A stretch of 47,426 bases of DNA, from the IMG/VR virus record IMGVR_UViG_3300032024_000059, positions 1 to 47,426 of that record; one strand, written 5' to 3'. Shown here piece after piece: positions 1 through 7,258 of this stretch (position 1 is its first letter; each line of letters begins with the position of its first letter). This DNA comes from a virus. Its lineage: Duplodnaviria; Caudoviricetes. Under the pieces are notes generated by a model. It did no database searches. It worked only from the letters and a program-made list of their open reading frames with translations, and was not told the origin of the DNA. A program made the translations under genes and the position numbers.

Positions 1-28
1 CAGGAATTTGATGACCATGATCAGCATT

Positions 29-82
29 CGCCCCTTCCCGTGGACGTGCTTCTCCTTACAGGTCGCGCAGTCCTTCTTGGGG
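29..82. repeat. 54-bp terminal overlap, copy 1 (circular assembly)
   Basis: CGCCCCTTCCCGTGG...TCCTTCTTGGGG is identical to 47373-47426; bases 1-28 do not match the sequence preceding the other copy. Confidence 0.95.
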
Positions 83-240
83 AGCTTGCAGACAATCCCC
101 TCCCGGTCGTACAGCATACACCAAGCGAGGATGTGCGGTGGCGGGATGAAGTTCTTGCACGGTCCACACGTCTCACGTGTGACCCGCCCTTCGAACCCAA
201 ACGGGCATGGCTGTGACGGGTAGTCAACCTTACACGCCAC
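29..240 (-). CDS. 5' part of a junction-spanning Cys-rich protein (about 175 aa; continues at 47372..47057)
   Basis: GTG at 240 overlaps the primase end; reads MACKVDYPSQPCPFG...CGPC...CATC..HVHGKG and continues in frame through the overlap into RLSVDGKVDW...MATFLEKNPDY. Confidence 0.75.
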
Positions 241-1723
241 GGTCCACCCGGAACATGCTCAGCAGTGCCATCGACTCCTCATCCAACGCGAACCGCTCCA
301 GCGAGTCCTGCGAGGAGGCGACCTTGTAGATGATGGCGGTGGCGTACTGGGTTTTGGGCTCCGGCATCACGATGGCTTCGATGTCATACGTGTGGTTGGT
401 CTCAAGCCCGTGACCAAGGTAGAAGAGTTGGCGGATGACGTACTCACTCCGCTCGCTGTCACAGTCAATCTCCGGGATGGCTTTGATGGACTCGACGTTC
501 GCATATTCCTTGACCGTCGCCTTGTACTTCTGGCACGGGTAGGGGACCTTCCCCAGTCCAGCGATGACCTTGTCCACGGTGAGTTGGTGGACGTTCACCA
601 TCGCAAGCAGGTTGGGGTCCCACTCGGGCATGGTGACATCGAGGACGCCCCCACTCCCAGCGATGCCACACCGCCCGCACATCTTCTCGCCCATCTCGCA
701 CGTGAAGCCGACGCGGTAGGGGACTTGAAACGGGGCGAGGTCCTTCCCTGCCACGAGGACGGTGGACGCGACCCTCTTACCAACGAAGCGGTCCTCCCCC
801 ACCTCACTCAGGTGGACCCGGGTGACCTCTGGGGAGGGTCCCACCACCTCCACAACGTGCTCAACCTTCTCCGCCTTGTCGAGGAGGGCTTGGAAGTCAT
901 CCTTGGTATGCCCAAGGTCCACGAAGTAATTGGTGATGTCCTTCTCATCAGATGTGCCACGCAGGCCGAGGTGAACCACCCGGACCTCCGCCGTCACCGG
1001 AGCGAGCTTGCGGGCGATGACCATCCCGGCCTTCTTCCCGGCCTCGTCATCGTCGTAGCAGATGTAGACGCGCTTCCCCTTGAACAGTGGGGTGAACTCG
1101 GCGAGCCACGTGTCTGCTCCGCCCGTGGTCGTGACCCCGGGGAACTCGTACTGCCGGAGGACAAGGCAGTCCATCTCGCCCTCAGTCAACACAAGCCAAT
1201 CGGACTCCAACGCTTGGACCGGGAAGAGGCGGGCCTTGTTGTACCCGGCAGCGTACGGGACCATCTTGTCCTTCTTGGCTCCCGGCTTGTACTTGCGCAC
1301 GTTGACGATGCCGCCGTCAGCGTCGTAGATGGGAATCCACACCCGGTCAGAATCGAAGCCGAGCTTGTGCTCTGTGATGGTCTCCATGGTGAGCCCACGC
1401 TTGGTGGTGAGCAGGTTGAGCATCTTCGATGACTGGAGCAGGACCTTGTGGAACCCCTCCACGGCGGACGGGTCGATGGGCTGGGAGGTGACGGGTCCCG
1501 CGTGGCCGCCCTCACCGTTGAGCATGGCGTCAAACTTCTTGTACCCACCACCCTTGGACCCGGGACAGTGTGGAGCGAAGCAGCGCCACTGACCTGTCTT
1601 GAGGTTGATGCTGAGCGAGGGTGACCCGTCCTTGTGGAACAGGCATGGAATGGCCACGTCCCCATCGGGGTTGGGCTCCGGCAGGTTCTTGATACGGGTC
1701 TGGAAGAACTGCGCGTATTTCAT
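230..1723 (-). CDS. DNA primase (CHC2 Zn finger + TOPRIM) with a C-terminal region resembling an MCM N-terminal Zn/OB domain
   Basis: CLFH...WRCFAPHC zinc finger; TOPRIM motifs EGEMD and YDDDEAG; C-terminal C-x6-CxxC...C; start ATG 1723 (GTG 1753 is an alternative). Confidence 0.9.
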   Translation of the reverse strand: MKYAQFFQTRIKNLPEPNPDGDVAIPCLFHKDGSPSLSINLKTGQWRCFAPHCPGSKGGGYKKFDAMLNGEGGHAGPVTSQPIDPSAVEGFHKVLLQSSKMLNLLTTKRGLTMETITEHKLGFDSDRVWIPIYDADGGIVNVRKYKPGAKKDKMVPYAAGYNKARLFPVQALESDWLVLTEGEMDCLVLRQYEFPGVTTTGGADTWLAEFTPLFKGKRVYICYDDDEAGKKAGMVIARKLAPVTAEVRVVHLGLRGTSDEKDITNYFVDLGHTKDDFQALLDKAEKVEHVVEVVGPSPEVTRVHLSEVGEDRFVGKRVASTVLVAGKDLAPFQVPYRVGFTCEMGEKMCGRCGIAGSGGVLDVTMPEWDPNLLAMVNVHQLTVDKVIAGLGKVPYPCQKYKATVKEYANVESIKAIPEIDCDSERSEYVIRQLFYLGHGLETNHTYDIEAIVMPEPKTQYATAIIYKVASSQDSLERFALDEESMALLSMFRVDRGV

Positions 1724-1724
1724 G

Positions 1725-1769
1725 TCCCGAGGATGGGGGTCGAACCCATCCACAACACCACGCCCGGGA
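1725..1769 (-). ncRNA. tRNA-like minihelix element (acceptor-like stem + T arm, no D or anticodon arm)
   Basis: TCCCGGG / GT-rich linker / GATGGG-TTCGACC-CCCATC / CTCGGGA, then C and the primase ATG. Confidence 0.5.
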
Positions 1770-1771
1770 GA

Positions 1772-1800
1772 CGGCCAGCCCTTGTCTAAGGGGCCGGCCG
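1772..1800 (-). other. GC-rich hairpin downstream of the SSB-like gene
   Basis: CGGCCGGCCCCTT-AGAC-AAGGGCTGGCCG; no U-tract. Confidence 0.5.
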
Positions 1801-1821
1801 GAAGACACCTTCTCCCTCTCC

Positions 1822-2850
1822 TTAGAAGGCGTCCTCTTCCGCACCGGCAGCGGGGGCAGCCGGCTTGGCGTTCACCGGAGCGTCATCGCTCCCGGGCTCG
1901 CGGTTGGTGACCTCGCCGTCCACGGTCTCACCATCGGTGGAGGCGGGCGTGGCCACCTCCTCATCGATGTCATCCGTGTTCGGCGTCCACGTCTTGCCTT
2001 CCAGCGACTTGAAGAACCCCTCAGCGGTGATGTACTGGTCACGGTCAACCCAGCCAATCCCCTTGAAGTCGTAGTTCTGGTAGGTGTACTTGCCGTTGGA
2101 CTCCTGCGTGGACTTGAGCTCGAACTTCTGAGCGAACATGTCCGTCTTGAGCTGGCGCGAGGTGGAGAGGAACCGCTTGGCCACCTTGACGTTCACGTGC
2201 TTGTTGCTCCACACGTACGCCCCCATCTCGAACGCCGGCAGGAGGACGATGATGTTGTAGAAGATGGAGCACCCCGGCTTCCCCTCCTCCTCATCGAACT
2301 CCTTGAACACGCACTTGGCGCAGTCGTTGGTGGGCTGGTCACCCTCGTCCTTCCCGATGCCACCCTTGCGAGCGGTGAGGGCATCGTCCGAACGGCAGAG
2401 GACGCCCTCGTCCTTGTCGTAGTCGCCGAAGTACATGCGCGACTTGCCGAGGACCACCGGGATGATGAGGAGGGACTCCCCAGCCTTGCAGAGGATGGTC
2501 TTTGACAGGTTGTCGAAGATGTCCCCCACATCGATGCCGTAGCCGTTGGTCGCCTTCTGGAGGACCTCCGGGGTCTGCGACTGAGCGAGCACGAGCCGGG
2601 GGAGGATGAAGTCCGCAGCATCCATCTTGTCATACCCACGAGGCGCCTGCTCGTTGGTGACCTTCACCAACCACGCGGGCATGGACCCGGTGGGGGCCGG
2701 GGACTGAGCGACGTTCTGCGCCAACGCCGTGGTCTCCGTCACGGGCGTGGGCGCCTGCTGGGGAGGGGCGTTGACGGTCTTCTCCACGGGCTTCGTGGTC
2801 GCCGGGGTGGACTTCGCTGCGGGAGTAACTGCCTTGCTCTTTGGAGCCAT
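1822..2850 (-). CDS. putative ssDNA-binding/recombination protein
   Basis: DFILPRLVLAQSQTPEV motif seen in phage SSB-like proteins, C..CxxC..C cluster, acidic C-terminal tail (EEDAF), position next to primase, AAGGA RBS. Confidence 0.6.
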   Translation of the reverse strand: MAPKSKAVTPAAKSTPATTKPVEKTVNAPPQQAPTPVTETTALAQNVAQSPAPTGSMPAWLVKVTNEQAPRGYDKMDAADFILPRLVLAQSQTPEVLQKATNGYGIDVGDIFDNLSKTILCKAGESLLIIPVVLGKSRMYFGDYDKDEGVLCRSDDALTARKGGIGKDEGDQPTNDCAKCVFKEFDEEEGKPGCSIFYNIIVLLPAFEMGAYVWSNKHVNVKVAKRFLSTSRQLKTDMFAQKFELKSTQESNGKYTYQNYDFKGIGWVDRDQYITAEGFFKSLEGKTWTPNTDDIDEEVATPASTDGETVDGEVTNREPGSDDAPVNAKPAAPAAGAEEDAF

Positions 2851-2883
2851 GGTTGTGTTGTCCTTGTGTCGGTGAGTGCTACG

Positions 2884-3561
2884 TTACGAGCGCCGGATGA
2901 GAGCGCGCTTCTGCTTGAAGTTGGTGAGAGACGCGGGAAGCGCCTTACCCTCCGCAAGCATTTCCTTCACAAGCGATTCAAGCCGCTTGTAGTGAACTGA
3001 CCGGGGCGCGAGCGCCCCCTGCCCGGTCTCATCGAGCCAGACAATGAAGGCGTCCTTGTCCGTGATGTTGGGGCGGTTGAGCTCTTGGATGTACACACTG
3101 CCCACCCCGGTGACTCGGAAGGAGTCCACGCCGTGAGACTCCATCGACTCAGCGAGACTGATGGAGAGCGAATCAATCTGAGTGTTGATTGCCTTAAGCT
3201 GCATCTCCAAGTCCTCCTTCTGGTCTTTGAGGGAGCGCAGGACCTTCGCCTGCTCAGCGTCGCTCGTGTTCTCGCTGAGCACGAGCTCCTTCTCCACCTT
3301 GTCCGGGATGAAGTCCGGGCGAGCGCCGAACCCCTCGGGGGCGTGGATGTCCGCCGGCATCACGGCGGGGTTCTCCAGCTTCTTGATGAGCTTGGACCCC
3401 TTCTTCTTGGCGAGCCGGGTGGGGTTCTCCGGGTCGTGGGCGACGTTGACCGCTTCGTTCTTCCGGTCCTCCTTGCGGGAGAGGTCATCCAGCTTGAGGT
3501 CTCTCTTGGTGAGAGTCGCACCCTCCGTGAGGAAGGCTTCGGCATCGTGCTTGCTTGTCAC
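2884..3561 (-). CDS. coiled-coil phage replication-module protein (Gam-like)
   Basis: coiled coil followed by MESHGVDSFRVTG...DKDAFIVWL...HYKRLESLVKE; GTGA coupling to the upstream gene. Confidence 0.55.
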   Translation of the reverse strand: MTSKHDAEAFLTEGATLTKRDLKLDDLSRKEDRKNEAVNVAHDPENPTRLAKKKGSKLIKKLENPAVMPADIHAPEGFGARPDFIPDKVEKELVLSENTSDAEQAKVLRSLKDQKEDLEMQLKAINTQIDSLSISLAESMESHGVDSFRVTGVGSVYIQELNRPNITDKDAFIVWLDETGQGALAPRSVHYKRLESLVKEMLAEGKALPASLTNFKQKRALIRRS

Positions 3562-3866
3562 TCGGTATCTCCTATGGCGATGGTCCTGACGAAATACTCC
3601 TGCACCTTCGCATCGTACACGAGAAGGCGCAGACGCTTGACATGGTCAGGGATGTACATGCCAGCGAACAACATTGACATCGCTCCACCGGAGAGGAGGA
3701 GGAAGTCCTCCTCCGTGAAGGTGCTGAGCGCGTTGAGCATCTGCTCTGCCACCTTGTCCGGGTTGAACACGTTGAGCTTACCGGAGGAGCACCGCACGAG
3801 CGTCCCGAACTTGGCTGCCATGTCGAAGTTCTGCCCTGCGTCGTTGGTGATGAACACGTTAGACAT
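3558..3866 (-). CDS. conserved small alpha/beta phage protein
   Basis: VFITNDAG..F..A.KFG.L...EDFLLLSGG pattern; overlaps both neighbours. Confidence 0.6.
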   Translation of the reverse strand: MSNVFITNDAGQNFDMAAKFGTLVRCSSGKLNVFNPDKVAEQMLNALSTFTEEDFLLLSGGAMSMLFAGMYIPDHVKRLRLLVYDAKVQEYFVRTIAIGDTE

Positions 3867-4071
3867 GGCGCCTCTTCAGATGAGCAACGTAACGTTCTGC
3901 GAGAGTCTTGGTCTGGAATGGACGAGGGAGGCGCTTCCGCTCCATCTCCCCATCGGCGTTGACCACAGGCGCCTCAATCCAGAAGCGGAACCCGGCAGGT
4001 CCAGCGACCGGCACAATCTTGTACTCCACGTCTGGGCGAGGGGGCTTCTGATACGGGCGTCGCGGAGTCAT
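3859..4071 (-). CDS. hypothetical protein
   Basis: ATGA overlap with the helicase stop; fills the operon. Confidence 0.55.
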   Translation of the reverse strand: MTPRRPYQKPPRPDVEYKIVPVAGPAGFRFWIEAPVVNADGEMERKRLPRPFQTKTLAERYVAHLKRRHV

Positions 4072-5777
4072 TCCGCCTCCAAGAGTTTGCGGGCGTCGCC
4101 CGTCACGATGTCTGCGATGTTCTTCTTTTCACGCAGGGCCTTGAGCACCGTCTTGTCGATGGTCCCACGGCACACGAGGTCAATGTATTCCACGGACCGC
4201 TTCTGTCCGATGCGATGGTGCCTGTCCTCTGACTGGAGGCGGTGCTCCAGACTGAAGCTGTTGGAGTAGTAGATGCACGTGCTGATGGCGGTGAGTGTGA
4301 TGCCGATGCCCGCCGTAGCAATCTGACCGATGAAGACTTGGGCGTCACCGGACTGGATGGAGTCCACCGCCTGCTGTCTCTGTTCCGCCGAGCGGTCGCC
4401 GTAGTAGGTGACCACGTTGAGCTTCTCTTCCTTGAGGGCGTCTTCAATGGCGTGGACCTCCCAGAGGAAGCGACACCACACCGAGGCTTTCTGTCCAGAC
4501 TCGATGGCAGTCTTGACCAGCTCCACGGCGGCATCGAGCTTGACACCATCGATGATGGGGAGCTCAGAGATGGTCTGCCCGTACTCGTCCATCTTCGGCA
4601 GGAACCCGGAGGTGATTTGTTGGAGGCGCATCATCCGGGTGAGGATGATGGGGGAGGCGAGCGTCCCTCCGGCGAAGTCCACAACCGCCTCGTCCTTCAT
4701 CTGCTTGTACAGGATACCCTGCTGGTCTCCCATCTCCAGCTCCACTGTGGTGTACACCTTCTCTGGGAGGTCGAGGCAGTCCGCTTTGAGGATGCGGAAG
4801 GAGTGAGGGGTGATGAGCTTGTTGAGCCTGTCGAGGTTCCGATAGCCAACCACGATGGGCACCGGGATGTTCTGACGCTTGACCGACACAGCGAACTCAG
4901 CCTTGAAGCTGGTGAAGGTCTGATGGCCGAGGATGTTCTTGTCCAAGAAGCGGAACTGCGCCCACGCATCGAGGGGTGAGTTGGCGATGGGCGACCCAGT
5001 CAGGATGATACGTGCCTGTCCAGTCATCCCGAGCTGGTAGGCTTCCTTGCTCGCGGCGCCCTTGTGACTCTTGATACGGGTGGACTCATCACAGACCACC
5101 GCTGCCTTGCGTCGCACACACAGGGTGCGGAACTCCTCGCCGAAGTTGAGGAGCGTCTCATAGTTGGTGATGACAAACTGTGCCGTGGCCTCCGCCTGAG
5201 CGATGAGCGCCCTCTTCTTGGCAGGGGTCCGTCCGGTCACCACCACCACCCGGCGCTTGTCAGGGGCGAGCGGGGAGAAGGTGGCAATCTCACGCTCCCA
5301 GTTGAGGAGGACCGCCTTGGGGCAGAGGATGACTGCCACGTCCACCTTGGAGAGCATCATCCAGTACGACAGCACGTCAATGGTCGCGCGGGTCTTCCCC
5401 GTCCCCATCTCCGCGAGGATGGCGAACTGTCGGCGCTTGCGTCCGAAGTCGAACAGGCGGACTTGGTGTTCATACGGCGGGTAGGGTTCCGTCTTGAACT
5501 GATAGTCCGTGATGACAGGCGCAGGCACAGTCATCTGGGTGGACTGTCGCTGCTTACTCAGCACCTCCTGATACTCAGGCGTGACTGACAGGACTCCCAC
5601 GGACATGAGCGTGCGGTAGATGTCGGTGGCATTCTTGACCGGGAACTTGAACGCCCCGAGCTCGGGCACCCAGACCTTCCCCGGCAGTGAATCAATGAGT
5701 CGCTTGCCCGGCCAAGTGAAGGCGTCCTGTTTGACGTATACGCAGTCAGGTCCGGTGCTGAGTGACAGCTTAATCAT
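4068..5777 (-). CDS. SNF2-family (SF2) helicase/ATPase
   Basis: AEMGTGKT (Walker A), CDES (motif II), LTGSP, QSEDRHHRIGQ (motif VI); probable start ATG 5777. Confidence 0.92.
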   Translation of the reverse strand: MIKLSLSTGPDCVYVKQDAFTWPGKRLIDSLPGKVWVPELGAFKFPVKNATDIYRTLMSVGVLSVTPEYQEVLSKQRQSTQMTVPAPVITDYQFKTEPYPPYEHQVRLFDFGRKRRQFAILAEMGTGKTRATIDVLSYWMMLSKVDVAVILCPKAVLLNWEREIATFSPLAPDKRRVVVVTGRTPAKKRALIAQAEATAQFVITNYETLLNFGEEFRTLCVRRKAAVVCDESTRIKSHKGAASKEAYQLGMTGQARIILTGSPIANSPLDAWAQFRFLDKNILGHQTFTSFKAEFAVSVKRQNIPVPIVVGYRNLDRLNKLITPHSFRILKADCLDLPEKVYTTVELEMGDQQGILYKQMKDEAVVDFAGGTLASPIILTRMMRLQQITSGFLPKMDEYGQTISELPIIDGVKLDAAVELVKTAIESGQKASVWCRFLWEVHAIEDALKEEKLNVVTYYGDRSAEQRQQAVDSIQSGDAQVFIGQIATAGIGITLTAISTCIYYSNSFSLEHRLQSEDRHHRIGQKRSVEYIDLVCRGTIDKTVLKALREKKNIADIVTGDARKLLEAE

Positions 5778-5865
5778 GTACGGCGACCCCTCTCGATATG
5801 CTGTATTGAACTGGGAAGTGACGGTCTCACGTCCCACTTCAGCGTACAATGGATTTTATTTGTCG

Positions 5866-5990
5866 AATAAAATCTCCCTCTACCATCACCTCCGGGTGTG
5901 TCTCGTATGACAAGAAGAAGAAAAGGTCATTCTGGTTTTACGTACACGTGAGGGCTGATTGGTGGTGGTAGAGGGGGGATTTTATCAGAC
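5866..5990. repeat. inverted-repeat element, copy A (about 24-bp arms, about 70-bp spacer)
   Basis: AATAAAATCTCCCTCTACCATCACC (5866-5890) ... GGTGGTGGTAGAGGGGGGATTTTAT (5961-5985); homologous to 28966-29090. Confidence 0.85.
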
Positions 5991-6092
5991 GGTTCCACAA
6001 CAAAGTGCCGATGTCCGGGAGGGTCAGAGGACCACCCAAACATCGGCACGAACGAGGGGAGGTCCCCAGTTCTCCACGAGGGCGACTGGGGG

Positions 6093-6713
6093 TCACCCTC
6101 CCGGACGGTTCGGGTCCTTCTGTCCCGCCACGAAGGCGACCGGGATGGCGACGCTGGCCGTCACGACCATCGCTGCGATGGTGACCACCACCACCTTCCA
6201 GACGGGCAGCCCCACGTTCGGCTCCACTTCCTTGAGCGTGGTCTCGCAGGCGACGATGCGCTTGGCGGTGCTCACGTGCAGGGCGTTGTTGTAGATGAAC
6301 CCGTTGACCGGAGCGGGCTCACCCTTGTGGACCTCCAGCAGGACGGGGGCATCACTGAGGTCCTGCTGAGCGAACGCCGGAGCCGAGAAGAGGCAGGTGG
6401 CGCCGATGAGCATGGCGATGAGGACCGGAGGGACGTTGGTGTTGTTGAGGATGACGGCGCTGGCCTTGTCGATGGAGTCCACCTTCGCTGCCTCGGCGGC
6501 ACCCTTCGCCTTCGCCGCGTCGAGGTAGTTGGACCCGAGCATCATGACCCCGGCGATGCCGGCAATCAGTTCCATCTGGAGGTCCGTCAGGGACACGCCG
6601 AACTTGTCGTGGAGGGCAACGGCGGCGATGGCGGTGAGGCCGGTGACAAACCTCTTGGCGGACCGGGGGTCCTCCGAAAGGCCGAGAGTGAGGAGCTGCG
6701 CGAGTGGATTCAT
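6093..6713 (-). CDS. holin-like multi-TM membrane protein (possible holin fused to a second lysis domain)
   Basis: several hydrophobic segments; directly downstream of the lysin; start MNPLAQLL at ATG 6713. Confidence 0.6.
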   Translation of the reverse strand: MNPLAQLLTLGLSEDPRSAKRFVTGLTAIAAVALHDKFGVSLTDLQMELIAGIAGVMMLGSNYLDAAKAKGAAEAAKVDSIDKASAVILNNTNVPPVLIAMLIGATCLFSAPAFAQQDLSDAPVLLEVHKGEPAPVNGFIYNNALHVSTAKRIVACETTLKEVEPNVGLPVWKVVVVTIAAMVVTASVAIPVAFVAGQKDPNRPGG

Positions 6714-6721
6714 GTTGTCTT

Positions 6722-7249
6722 TCAGCCGAGGAAGGGAACGATGGACCGGAAGCCTCGGAAGTCTGGCCGGTACAGGTGAGTCTGCTTGACCTTGTACATC
6801 GCACGGCGGTTGGAAGCGATTTCGAGCGTGGTTGTCTTGGAGTCCCCGCCCGATGAACCTCCTACCACAACGAGACCATCCACCGTACCAATGACCATCT
6901 CGATGTGCCCGATGTACAGGGCCGCATCTCCGGGGAGCGGGGACCCGATGGGAGGGAGGTCCTGCCAGTAGCGACCCGTGTGCCACGCGTCGAGGTTCGG
7001 ACCACCCGCCCGCTTGATGGCCTCACCGAACGCCCCGGAGCAGTCGAGGGCGAACCCTCCCGGGGAGGGCTCCCACTGGGAGGGCTTCCCACTCCCCGCC
7101 CACTCCGGTCGCCAACCGATGTTGTCAGGACCCTTCGCCCACGCGAGGTAATCGGCAGTCAATCGCTGACCACCCTTCGCCCCCCACAGGTACGGCGTGC
7201 CCTTGAGGTTCAGCGACTCTGCTACGATGCGAGCACGGAGGAGAAGCAT
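6722..7249 (-). CDS. NlpC/P60-family cell wall peptidase (endolysin)
   Basis: GTPYLWGAKG, LDCSG (catalytic Cys), GHIEMV (His). Confidence 0.88.
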   Translation of the reverse strand: MLLLRARIVAESLNLKGTPYLWGAKGGQRLTADYLAWAKGPDNIGWRPEWAGSGKPSQWEPSPGGFALDCSGAFGEAIKRAGGPNLDAWHTGRYWQDLPPIGSPLPGDAALYIGHIEMVIGTVDGLVVVGGSSGGDSKTTTLEIASNRRAMYKVKQTHLYRPDFRGFRSIVPFLG

Positions 7250-7258
7250 GGTTCCCTT

